This document shows, in pieces, positions 49,977-62,164 of a DNA stretch of 64,000 nt. The stretch lies in the NCBI GenBank assembly GCA_053919585.1, contig CM132793.1; one strand, written 5' to 3'. Position numbers and translations under genes: made by a program. Under the pieces are notes generated by a model, which worked only from the letters and a program-made list of their open reading frames with translations, did no database searches and was not told the DNA's origin. The DNA is from Euprymna scolopes (lineage: Eukaryota). The first letter of the stretch is position 1. Every line of letters begins with the position of its first letter.

Positions 49977-50205
49977 CATATATATTTTATAACTNNNNNN
50001 NNNNNNNNNNNNNNNNNNNNNNNNNNNNNNNNNNNNNNNNNNNNNNNNNNNNNNNNNNNNNNNNNNNNNNNNNNNNNNNNNNNNNNNNNNNNNNNNNNNN
50101 NNNNNNNNNNNNNNNNNNNNNNNNNNNNNNNNNNNNNNNNNNNNNNNNNNNNNNNNNNNNNTTTTCTGGGGCCCTATGCACGGTTCATAACTTTTTGTGG
50201 ATAAG

Positions 50206-50239
<34 letters not shown>

Positions 50240-50267
50240 TATCTATATATATATATATATTAAAAAG

Positions 50268-50534
50268 TGTGTCTCATGACCATGTAACCGACATGTAAAA
50301 GTTCACGTGTGTAGACCGAAAATTGGCAGAGGAGTTTGGTAGAGATGCCAAAGGCCAAATCGTTGAACTTTGACTCCTTGAAAGCAAAATTTTTTTGCCG
50401 GAAACCGATTAATTTTTTTTACCAAATCTTAATACTCTTTACGTCAAATCTGGAGTCTGTTGACTGAAAATTGATAGTAGTTTGGTAGTGAAATGTACAC
50501 ACACACAGACACACCGAGACAAGGTCACTCTTTT

Positions 50535-50540
<6 letters not shown>
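50268..50540. mobile_element. Short non-autonomous Helitron/HINE-like remnant between microsatellites
   Basis: CCGAAAATTGGCAGA motif and an ACACACACAGACACAC segment followed by (TA)n. Confidence 0.3.
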
Positions 50541-50597
<57 letters not shown>

Positions 50598-51337
50598 ATT
50601 GCACAAAATGCTTTTATCAGAGTAGGTATTATTTTATACATATTCTAAATATAAAATTATATATATATATATATGTTCTTATTAAAGTAATTCAAATCAT
50701 TTTCTTTATTGTCATTGATAACGTCTGCTACCATGTAAACTTCATTTAGCATATAATGAAATCGAGCAAACAATTGTAAATAAACGGTCGAATGTGTATA
50801 GTTCAATTAAACTGTACAGTCGACGCAAGGGAAATCATATCAGTGGTCTGCCAGTCGCATTCAGCGATAGACACTCTCATCTGCTCGTACAATGACCGAC
50901 AAAATGAAGCCAATGATATAAGTTCAGTTAACGGAAACTTTAAATGAACTTTGAACAAGGCAGCATCGACATGTTGGCTCTAGCTGGTAAAGCGTCATTT
51001 CCGCCAACATCCTGTCGATGCGTCCGCGGTTGCGGAGATCTACCCGACCTAGAGTGTGTATAATTATTTAATCTTTGAAAACAACGTCAGATGTATGTGA
51101 ATCTATGCGATCCCAGAAAAACCATCGTATTTGGTTTAGTGTTCATTTCCGCTTGTAACCGATTTCTAGAAGCCACAAAATTCCACACAATTTTACACAT
51201 ATAAAGGTGAAGACACGCTATTGCATGTAAGTATACATTGAAACTTATTTACAATGCACAGAAATAGATTACTACAAAAACGCCTATATCCGTATATAAA
51301 ATGTGCAGGTGTATTTCTTCCACGACCATTATATATA

Positions 51338-51406
<69 letters not shown>

Positions 51407-52255
51407 AAAGAAAGAGTTTATAATTCACCCATCAGGTAAGAAGTGCATCTAACATTAGTATAATATTATTATATTATAAAATGCATATCTGTGATACAAT
51501 ATCTTAAATATCTCTAAAAATAACTTATAAAGCTCGTTAAGTTAAAAAAAATGAAAGCAGCAGCATTCTTTGTAAAGAAATAAATTATTAGGAAGTATTT
51601 TAAATGATGACAAACGTATTTACTTTTTCCTTACTGTTTAATTTTCGTTGTAATATAATTTGCATTTTAATATATTAAGCAGAACTTTTTCAGTAAGAAT
51701 CATAATGCTCCATAGTATTAAACATGTATTCTGGTTTTAAAGAAATGTTCATGAGCTTAAAAGGCACATCATTAACATTGCTGCAAATACAGTGATATAA
51801 TGTATAATATGTGGACTGACGTATGAAGAAGTATTAAATAGTTATTTTATTACTGTATGGGGCGAGTAAATCCGACGACAATTCATTATTATTATGAGAA
51901 ATTTAATCTGATCATGCATTTATTCTTATTGCAAACACTAACCTATCAAGAGTTAATAATTTTGCGTTATAAACACACCCATACACACAAANNNNNNNNN
52001 NNNNNNNNNNNNNNNNNNNNNNNNNNNNNNNNNNNNNNNNNNNNNNNNNNNNNNNNNNNNNNNNNNNNNNNNNNNNNNNNNNNNNNNNNNNNNNNNNNNN
52101 NNNNNNNNNNNNNNNNNNNNNNNNNNNNNNNGCGATACGTTTTGAATGAATTCAATTATTTACGAACGTGCATTTTTACGTAAATGCGAGTTGGGGATAC
52201 TTTTTTCTTTAACCAATTTGTTACCTCAACATAATCAGCAGTGTATATAATATTT

Positions 52256-52299
<44 letters not shown>

Positions 52300-52301
<2 letters not shown>

Positions 52302-53660
52302 GGTGTTGTGATGATAACTCCCATCCACCTGGTCCCTCGATTGCGGATAGAGGGAGTGACCTCTAGTTGAGAGGGCTAAGCTGCGAGTGCATTGACCCAG
52401 ATTAAAATCACGAATACCCCTTTCACAAGGCGTAACACTCGGTAGCCTCTCCAAATAGGGTTCCGCTCTAAACTCGCGTGGCAGGTAGGCGACAAGGCGG
52501 TACGAAAAAGATGTGATTGTGTACCGACAACCTGCTGCAGGATGCCTTCCTAAACCTGCATGTGAAGCACACCTTTGTAGCCACAAATGGTGACATCTGA
52601 AGTGTGTGCGACACGAAGTTGCATCTCCTGGATCACCTAAAACAGATTTTAGCTTACGATACAGTGTAGATCTACGAGTCCCCGATCACCCTAATTCTAG
52701 CTATTTGTTTTCTTTTTTTTGTTGTAAACAATGCCCTGTGGCGACAAAGCAAGGGTGATGAGGGAAGGTTTGGCAAGCTGATAGCTGTTGTCTCTTATAT
52801 ACAGTCTGCGACAGATGTGTGATGTTCGCACGCGGGAGAAAAGATGGCGAATCTGGTAATGAGGTCCTGCAGGCCTTTTATTTTAGGACGTCCACTGCCG
52901 CTCTTACTATAAAACGCGCTATAGAAGCTGGGCAAAACATTGGACACCAATCCAAACACCTGGCTGGTATACCGCAATCAGCAGGTGACCAATATTGCAG
53001 TACAAAATCAGAGCAACGAAGATGATCATGTGACCATGAAACCTGGCACATAGAAGGTAAGAATCCGCCTTGATCTTCAAAATTGACATCGACTTAAAAG
53101 GAGCACGGCACCCGTCTACGACGAATTTGCCCTGTTTTCAATTGTCAACGCGAAATTAAGTGAGACAAGACTCTCAAACGAGTGAGGAATAAATAAACTT
53201 GAGGTCAGTTATTCAATCTTCTGGCGAGCGAAACCTGTTTTGAACGCCGGATTCATGGCCTGATTTTGCCGGTTAAAACACCAGTCGTGCGAAAACAAAA
53301 TCTGCTGCCCAAAGGAGTAAGTAGACGACTAATGAAACTACGTATTCCTCTTCCGAAGAACAACTTCCTACCCCTCGTATCGGCATACTTGCCGAATCTT
53401 GATTTAGAAGACGCAGAGAAGGAAGAGTTCTAACAACAAAATGAGCTTATCTCTTCCACTTCCTCAAAAGATAAATTACTCACACTCAGATATTTAATGC
53501 CCATGTGGGGAAGGACAGCATAGGAGCCTTTTAATGAAAATAGTGGTCATTAAAAATGTAATAACAATAAACTGTGCCTTCTCGACTTTTGTGCAGAGCA
53601 TGACCTTCTCATTACAAATACCATCCTTTAACTCCCTATGAGAAAAAAGACCACCTGAAA
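52300..53660 (+). mobile_element. RTE (BovB-like) LINE 5' UTR and APE endonuclease remnant, 3'-truncated
   Basis: Degenerate MKxGTWNVR (~53036), LSETRL (~53156), MKLRIPL...VSAY (53332ff), xFNAHVG, LDFCAEHDLLITNT and KTTW; RTE-type 5' UTR motif CCCTCGATTGCGGATAGAGGG...AGCTGCGA. Confidence 0.8.
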
Positions 53661-54075
53661 TCAAACCCTGTATAGTTTATATATGCAGCCATCAAATTTT
53701 ATTGACCTAATCAGATGTATATTTATCAGGTTTCGTGATATTCCATGCGAATAACAGTGTAAGCAGGGATCCCATTTTATCCCGTCCCATAGAAAGATAT
53801 AATCGAGCCTTACAGAAGTAATTAAATTGTGTTTATCAAACTACTGAATAGGATCAATCGGTCATTTTTCCGGACATGTTCACTAAACACAATGGAATTA
53901 AACCTATTTCATTTTGCTGGTTGGTTACAATTATATCCAGCATATTCCACACAATAAAACATATTAAACACTAACGGCTACTTGTGGTATCACTTTTTAA
54001 TTACAATCTCGATTACCGATTATCCACTTTATAAAATAAACTCGATATAAAAAATAAAAGTTTTCACCCAACTAC

Positions 54076-54321
54076 ACCCCTCCATAGCCTTGAGCCCCTA
54101 AGGAGCATAGGCCATCTACAACTTTGTTGATGCTTTTCTAGCGACTGGGTTATTTTTTTACGGGGTGAAGTTGCTGGCCCAACGCCCAACCTTTCCAGAA
54201 GGTACATACAGCGCCTAGTTTTCCCAAGTGGTCACGCATCTGATACTGGCCAGGCTCAACGTTGCTTAACTTCGGTTATCTGGCGAGAACCGATGTGTTA
54301 ACTTGATGATGCCGTATAGTT
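54076..54321 (-). mobile_element. 5S rRNA-derived SINE (SINE3) with bipartite RTE-derived body and tail
   Basis: Minus strand 54319-54204 aligns along its length with metazoan 5S rRNA (CGGTTCTCGCCAGATAACCGAAGTTAAGCAACG...AGTA...GATGCGTGACCACTTGGGAA...GCTGTA). Next come GGTTGGGCGTTGGGCCAGCAACTTCACCCCGTAAAAAA (RTE 5'-UTR motif) and GATGGCCTATGCTCC (RTE 3'-end motif). Candidate TSD AACTAC (54070-75, 54322-27). Confidence 0.8.
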
Positions 54322-56639
54322 AACTACGTTTAGTAAAATAATTAGTATATAAAATTGGTAAATATTAAAATTAATCACACAAACGTTTAAAACACAACAC
54401 GAAATATTAAAAAATACTATAGCAAAATGTTTAAAGTAAAGAAAACACAAAATACACCGCAAGTACAGAATATTAAAGACCTCAATATGATAAAATAAAA
54501 CAATCCAATCTATTTCTTGCAATTTACAAAAATTTGAAAGAATCATAGCGCCTTTGATATTTCCCTTTGGTTTTGTGCGATACATTGCTTGTAGATTATA
54601 GATTTCCATAGCATGCGTATTTCGCTTCCAGCAAATAAGTGTCTGCTGTTCAGCGATTTAATGTATGTCACTCTACTATTTGCTGTGTCTTAGGCATTTA
54701 ATAAAATGCTTATGCAACGTAGGGTTATATCGGCCGTACGTTTAATAAGTTTTCTGCGTTTCTGAGGTGTCCTGTTTATAGCTTTCTGCAGTAAGCAGGC
54801 GATATCTGAGGGTAATTTTTCATGTAATAACGGCTCGGATGAAAACTTTTCATATATATTTTGTTACCCTGGAAATAATGTTATGACAGGCATACATTTG
54901 GTTCATTCTGTTTATAATATAGGTGCGAGAGCATTTTCAATAACATCTGGCATATTTTAGTTAACATACATTATAATCTCATTAGTTATAGCAATGTATA
55001 AATTTCAGCAAGCATATAAAACAATAATGGCATTAATAATAACACTCATAATAATACCATAAATAATATTAATTTTGATTGTTAGCGACCAATCATTGGT
55101 ATGTATCTTCATTTATACTACTACTAATACTACTACTACTAATAATAATAATAATAATTATAATAATAATAATAGCTTTTAGAATACTAGACAACGTACT
55201 AAGACGATTCTAAGGGAAGTGAAGTATATAAAACGCATTATATAATGTTCGATTTTCTAACACTGCAATACGCAGTTATGGAGCCAGCATTGGTAAAACC
55301 GCTCATAATACTACTAATATTAAATAGACCAAAGGGGAAAGAGTGTCAGACTCTTCCAGGACTAAAGTATACTGATAGTTGAATCCCATGGAAGCTATTA
55401 TCCCTTGAATTCATGATAAGCCCAGGAACTGCATCAGTGAAACCTCAATTTAAACAGCCCTCTTAGAAACCCCAAACGATCATGTAATAGTAACCACAGG
55501 AGTTAAAAACACTTAAACTCTGAGAAAAATTTTCCCTCACTCTTATCCAAGGATATCTATCTTTTATAAACAGTGATCGATAACTTTGAATAACACTTAT
55601 GATACGTTCATATAAGTAATTCAGAACCCCTAATCATAATACCAAGCGCAATTTCTGCGAGAAACCTTTATTTTCATATCATCACATCCACAGAAGAAAA
55701 TAGAGTGGAGCTGCTTTACAACTAATTATCCCGTAAGTCTTCAAGCCCAGACTAAAATAAATGTGTGATGAATATTACACTTGATTATCTAATGCTTACC
55801 AGCAATTTCTATTCTTTCCATATGTTTGTAATTTTCAAACTGTACCTCTATTTAGCACATCATTCTAAATGGTGCTATTTGGTCTTTTGAAATAGCGACG
55901 TATTACTGAAAATAGGAGTTATAGAGGTTTTAATTTGTTACAATTGCGGCCGGTCTCCCGTGCTCAGGTCAAACAACTGACCTCTGACTTTCTTTGGAAA
56001 CTGTGGCTCGTGGTATCTAGTCATCTGGGAGACCTCTACATTAATTATCTACGTTTCTGTGTAGAATTCTGTTGAATGCAAAAGGAGAAACTTGCATGAG
56101 TACGAAAGAAAGACAGACGAATTAGGGTAATATCTACTAAAAATTAATTTCACGAAAGTTACCGTTCTTTTTTTCACATACATACAACGTTCACTTATTA
56201 ACACATTTTAAGTACTCGAATCGCTTTTCTTCGTCACTGGATGGTTGGTCGAGATAGCGCGGAGGGGATCAGGCGTCAGGAGCTATTTTCTTCGGAGATT
56301 CGGCGCAGGATCTGTCTGTTTTCGAGCGGGTATTGGCTTTTAGAGTAAGATCACAGGTTGGGGTGGACAATCTACCCAATCAATCATCGATACGTTTCCC
56401 GGGGAATTTCCATATACATTTGCGTGCGTGAAGTTCAGCAATAGTTTAGAGTTTTATAATCTGATACCAAAATGAAATCATCTTCACATAACCTGGGAGG
56501 GCAACCCTTGTCAATTGACAACTAAGAACACCTGGGCCGGTGTTCCTCAGGCCAAAGGAATTCCATTGTCCTTTATTGTAACATTCCCTGTCATATTGTT
56601 GTCAAACAAAAATATATACCTGGCTTTGACAATAAAACA

Positions 56640-56718
<79 letters not shown>

Positions 56719-57989
56719 TTGAAGTATTTTTGACATCAGCCGCATTCCGGGATTCACTTAAACAATCTTAGCATATTTACCCGGTCTTACTCAGGTCTCA
56801 GTGGGGTATGAACCTCCCCAATGTGGAGCAATCGCTCCCTCAAGTCGATCATCTCACACAATAATGCGAATATTACACAGAGCTTAGGATGCATTACTTA
56901 ATCAGCAAGTTTACTATCTAAAGCAATAATTTGGTATTCTTGCGCCGAATATTTTTGTTATTTACTTAGCTAAATGCTGATCCATACAACACGTGCTATA
57001 TTATATTTTAGTAAATATATGGGTATAAACAGGAGTTATAATCGCCCAAATTTTAAGTTTTAATATTTGAAGCGTTCAAAACGTCATAATATAAAACGTG
57101 TTGTTCTTCTGTAGTTTGGAGCACACATACCTATACGTTATATTGTCATGTTTTAAAAGGAAATTAATTATCAGTTAGATGATTTTTACACAAGTGAAAA
57201 ACATTATAAAACTCGATATAATTGCAGTCCTTACGTCAGAAACTATCATATTTCTATTTCCATAGCATGATTATGATAAAGAGTACATGTGCGATAAACA
57301 GTCGAATTGTGAATAATTACTTACGAAGCCATTTCAGAAGAGCAGATATATAGATGGGTAATTACATGTGTATTTATACAGATAAATACACGGCTTATAA
57401 ATGCAGTTGATACAATAGTAAAAAGACAGGCAAATTACGTTTATCCATGACTATATTAATATGCACTAGATTCGCTGTTTCTTTGAATATTTATTCATCC
57501 TTCATATCGTACACTAAATCATTTCCAAAGAATCGAAATGTTTACTAATGAGCTACTTGTCTGAAACTCATCCAGCAGAAAGAGCGTGTTCGATATGTAG
57601 TCAGCATAATTGTTCCTTGTCCATGAGAAGTGTAATTGATTCATTGGGATTTCAAGTAGACAAACAGTAAATAGATTTTCAACATTGACAACGAAAACAC
57701 AGCTCATATAGTTGATTTTTCTCGTATATTTTGTTGATAGTATTATTTCCGCGCTTTTCTCTGATAACTTTTTAATACGAACGGATTCATAGTTTTACTG
57801 TAGCGCGGCTTGTTTATTGGCATTTTAGTTACATACGTTAAGAAAATAGCTTTTGGCTAATCGTCTGAGTTTGTTTAATCAACAGAAGAATCGCTTTTTA
57901 GACTAAACATTCTTTAAAAACGGTTTTTTTTCGTATGTACACGATTTGTATATTTTATTTACTTGTAAATATGTGTAAATTTTTGTCTC

Positions 57990-58230
57990 GTCATCGCCGT
58001 GGGAAAATGCAACGTATTTGTTGGGAGTTCACTGTTTGAATTGATACGAAGGGCAAGAAAAGCGTCTTTCCGAAGAGATTTTGTGAAGAATTTGTTCATT
58101 TTATTTACTAGTTGTTCATTTTATTTGCTCGTGTACATGTGTGCCTTGTCACCGTCGTCATCGCCGAGGAAAAATGCATGGCTTTTGTTGGGATTACATT
58201 GTTTGCATTAATACGCAAAAGAGAAAAAGA
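57990..58230. repeat. ~167-bp-period diverged duplication
   Basis: GTCATCGCCG..GAAAATGCA...TTTGTTGGGA..TGTTTG..ATACG at 57990 and 58157. Confidence 0.7.
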
Positions 58231-58286
58231 AAAAAAAGAACAAAATTCCAACCCTTTATTTAATATTATTATTGTTGCTATTTTTA

Positions 58287-58338
<52 letters not shown>

Positions 58339-58559
58339 TATTATTATTAGTAGTTATTATTGTAGTAGTATTATGGCGGTAGTAGTAGAAGTAGTAGTAG
58401 TAGTATGTTCTATTGTTATTGTAACTTTTATTGTTGGTGTTGTTTTTACTGTCATTGCTATCGTTGTTGCTTCTGCTATTATTATTACTACCCATATTAG
58501 TGTTACCATTCTCATTGTAAGTTTTATTTCTATTGTTCTTGGTGGTAGTAATGGTTATA

Positions 58560-58857
58560 GCTTTGGTGCTGGAGGAGAAAGATCGAGAGCGGATCTTTAA
58601 CCTTGGTGGGGAACTCTCCTAGAGATTATGTCTAGATGAAACTGACGCTAAATTCACTAACCCATTTATGGGAGAATAACAAATCAATATGTTGAAAATA
58701 ACGACGTGAATGAAGTTCGAACACCTTGGGATGGTCTCACGTCCGATATGTGTCTTACTGGTAAACAGAGTGGGTTATGTCGTCATCATACAACTGTTCG
58801 AAATTTTGAAGATGTGGCTGGATATAGGCGGAATGAGAATTGCCAGAGATTGTCCCA

Positions 58858-58888
<31 letters not shown>

Positions 58889-61800
58889 ACAGGAAATGTC
58901 AAAACACCATGGACGGGTGAGGAAAGAAGAGTACCGTTGACATGCTTTGTAAGAAGTAGAAGTACCAAATATGTTGGTTATATGCGGAACGTGAAGCGAA
59001 AATGGGAATCGATAGGGGGAGGAGGAAGAAGGAGTGTTGCGAGTTCGGTATCACAGTTAAAACAAATTTAAAATAACAATATACTTTCAGTGATTGCAAG
59101 GGAAGAGATAGAACGGAGGTTAAGAATTAAATAAATGATGAAAGTAAAATTGATGACACTAGCTCTGATGAAAGCAATGAGACAGTGGAAGTGCAGAAGG
59201 GAAATGTAAGCGATGATGGGAGGCGGGCATCACAAGAGGAATGGAATCCTATGGCTAAGGGTAGTGATGAGAAGAAGTTTGAAGGATTTAAGGCAAATGA
59301 GATCATTTACTCTGAGACAATGGACCCAGTGAAAGGAACAAATTTATGGAGAAGTGATGATAAAGTTCGAACTTTGACTTCTGTAGAAAGAGAGGTACTT
59401 CAGGATTTAAGAGAGGTTCTTCTCAGAGACGAGATCATAGATATTCCAAGCATGAAGAGTATTGATAGGCGGAAGGTGAAAAACGAGGTAAAAATAGTTC
59501 AAGGAGTAATTAACAACATTAAAAAGACATTGATAGACTCAAAGAAATGAGAAAAGGAGGTACATTATTAAAGACAGCCAAGGACGAGCTTGAACGGAAA
59601 TGTAGATTGCTAGAAAATGGAACGATGACCGGTCTAACCATGGTGAAAGAGAACATCTACACTGGTGGTATGAAAATTAGGAACTTTGTTGGAAAAGTGT
59701 TGCATTTCGGCAGAACAACCTTTCCCGGAATAATCAGTCTATGCTGTATAAAGAAGTAAATGGTAGTAAACAGGCGGAAAATAACATCACTCCAAATGCA
59801 ACTGATGTCAGGAAGTTGTGGAGTGAGAGTTGGTCTGTTGTAAGGCTGTATAAAAAGAAGGGAAGCTTGTTGAAAGAGGTCAGAGAAAGGCTATTAGGAA
59901 TGCTGCATATGAAGAACCTTGAGATAACCATTGATGACGTGAAGGCTGGCAGACAGAAGGATCATAAACTGGAAGACACCTGGACAAGATGGAGTGATAG
60001 GTCTCTGGTTTAAACAGTTCCAATGCCTTTATCAATTGTTAGCTGCTGCCCAGAAAAAGGTCGTAGGAGATATCCCTGATTGGCTTAATATGGGAAAGAT
60101 GACACTGATTAGGAAAGATACTTCAAAGGGAACAGATGCCAACAATTATAGACCAATTACATGTTTTCCAGTAATGTGGAAACTATTAATTGGGATTTTT
60201 GCGGAAAAAAATTATGAACATCTTGTGAGTGATGGCGTTTTCCTTAATGAACAAAAAGGGTGTGGGAAAGGCTCGAGAGGTACCAAGGAACAACTACGGA
60301 GATTGACAAAGCATTAATGCAGGATGCAAAGAAGAAGAAGAAGAAGAAGAAGAAGAAGAAGAAGAAAAAGAAGAAGAAGAAGAAGATGAGGAATCTTAGT
60401 GTAGCATAGAACGATTACAGAAAGGCTTATGACATGGTGCCTCGTTCATGGATACATGAAACACTATTGTTGATGGAGGTTGCTGAGAATGTGGTAGGGC
60501 TTTTGGAGAGAAGTATGGCTCAATGGAAAACGGTGCTGACAGCAAACAGAGAGGTAATGGGACAGCTTGGCATTTAACGTGGAATATTCCAAGGAGATTC
60601 GTTTTCTCTGCTTCTTTTTGTAATGATAATGATGACATTGAACATACTCTTGAAGAGAGAAAAACTGGGATATTAATTGGATCGTGTGACATACGCCTCA
60701 ACCATCTACTGTTTATGACCAATATGAAAATATTCGGTAGAAATTAAAAGGGAATAGAGAGACTGGTAGAACTTGTGGGGGCATATTCAATACACAGTGG
60801 GATTGAGTTTGGGATTAGTAATTGTGCGGTGCTGGTGATGAAAGGGGACTATATGTTCATTTAGATTGAATAGGGCTGCCAAATGTAGATATCGTGAAAG
60901 AAATAGAGTTATAAATATTTGGGAGTGTTGGAGGGTTAATTACTCATGAACAGAGAAATGAAGGAGAAAGTCAGGAGAAACTTAGAAGAGTGAAACTTAT
61001 TGCAAAGTCGAAAGTGTATGGACGAAACCTAATCAAAGCAGTGAATGCATGGACAGTCAGTGATTTTAGATACAGTGCTGGAATTTTAGAATGGTCTGAC
61101 AAGGAGTGGCATGCCATGGATATCAAAACAAGAAACCTTTAAGCAATGTTTAGTATATTTCACATTCGAACTCGCGTAGCGAGGCTGTATCAAAATACGA
61201 AACACGTTGGATGATGATTTAAAAGTGTTCGAAACGAGGAAATGTCGTTGAAGGAGCATGTTGGCAGAAGTTAGGATTGGATGCTTAAGGTTGTGGCAAA
61301 TGAAGGGGAGGAATGTGAGACCAATGCTAATTATTTGAAACGTATGGATAGAGAAAAAGCAGAGAGAATGGCTAGGAAGAAATTGCATGGAAGGTTCTTC
61401 CAGGATATAGCAGAAGTGGATAATGAAAGATAATGGGCATTGCTTAGAGACGGGTATCTAAGAATACTGAACCATTTCTTTGGGCGGCACAAGAGTAGGC
61501 ATTAGAAACACCACTGTTTAAAAAAGTGATTATAGGAGAGGACGTTGCTGGAGAATGCCGGATTTTTGGTAAGAGTTCAGAGTTGTAGTGGATTGGCCCA
61601 GAGAGAGTACCGAAAAACACACGATCGCATGGGACTCCGGATATATTGGGAGGTGTGAAAGAAGGTTGAGGTTGAGTGTGCTAGAAAATGGTTTGAAGGG
61701 GTGCCTCATGCATGAACACAAGTGAAGATTACAAGGTAGAGGTTTGGTGGGACAAGAGTGTGATAACTACCAAGCAATCAGAACCTAATCGTCCAGACTT

Positions 61801-62129
61801 GCTCGTCATTGACAAGTTCTTAAAAACTGAAAGATTGTAGACTACTCAGTACACTGGGATAGTAATGTGAGAGAGAAGGATAACGAGAAATGGAGCAATT
61901 ATGCTCCATTGGCATCGGAGATAAGGTGTATACAGGGGGTTAAAACACAAATAGTCCCGGTCGTAATTGGGACGCTAGGAGTAGTATCAAGTCCTCTGGA
62001 AGGCAAATTTAAAAAAAAAAACTACAACTCCCTGATGTTTTAGGTTTCCTTCAGATCTCAGCTATTTTAGGTGCTTCCAACAACCTTAGGAAAAACCTTG
62101 GTCTTTGAAGATCCTAGTTTGGAGCCGGG

Positions 62130-62130
<1 letters not shown>
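58560..62130 (+). mobile_element. Decayed R4/Dong-clade non-LTR retrotransposon (RT plus restriction-like endonuclease)
   Basis: N-terminal WTGEER...CF...GYMR...W; NYRPITCFPVMWKLL, EQKGC...GTKEQL, DYRKAYDMVP, RGIFQGDS, NHLLFM, YKYLG, LHGRF, WWDKSV...NRPDL, VPVVIGTLG. 3' (TTA)n at 62130-62164; (ATT)n/degenerate triplets at 58259-58555 on the 5' side. Confidence 0.9.

Positions 62131-62164
<34 letters not shown>

Larger units (their letters stand above)
46937..49994 (+). mobile_element. Penelope-like retroelement, Naiad type, decayed, with direct pseudo-LTR repeats
   Basis: pLTR copies at ~46948-47091 and ~49862-49994. ORF remnants: VKADKT, FIQFDIIAFYPSI, LYRDDGL (~48268), FLDITL, NHPPSIIKQI, RKRNIIWY, the xNCRxxxxCPLxxxC linker, GIY-YIG (SIVYQA...YYVGMT) and CRLCLHEK. 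Confidence 0.9.
17223..52131. other. Nine assembly gaps: 17223-17419, 28195-28361, 28492-28620, 31633-31789, 36966-37188, 38583-38725, 46267-46517, 49995-50161, 51992-52131
   Basis: Runs of N. Confidence 0.99.
546..56716. repeat. Dispersed microsatellites: (TA)n at ~546, 21348, 26934, 37272, 37506, 37638, 41243, 43246, 50536, 52259, 56643; (TG)n at 4291, 28018; (TAT)n at 46197; (AAT)n at 48995, 55140
   Basis: Direct inspection; these generate the YIYI, HTHT and LLLL pseudo-ORFs in the track. Confidence 0.95.

Noticed and set aside
17223-52131. Idea that the N runs mask host exons
   Set aside because: The flanks mostly lack consistent splice signals; sizes of 129-251 nt fit short-read scaffold gaps.
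54204-54319. Functional 5S rRNA gene
   Set aside because: It has many substitutions and indels, is not in an array, lacks a T-run terminator, and is fused to RTE sequence.
356-58600. Many 60-200 aa ORFs with YIYI, HTHT, LLLL, IIII or X runs (e.g. 26615-27223, 58112-58600)
   Set aside because: They are read-through of microsatellites or N gaps, not genes.
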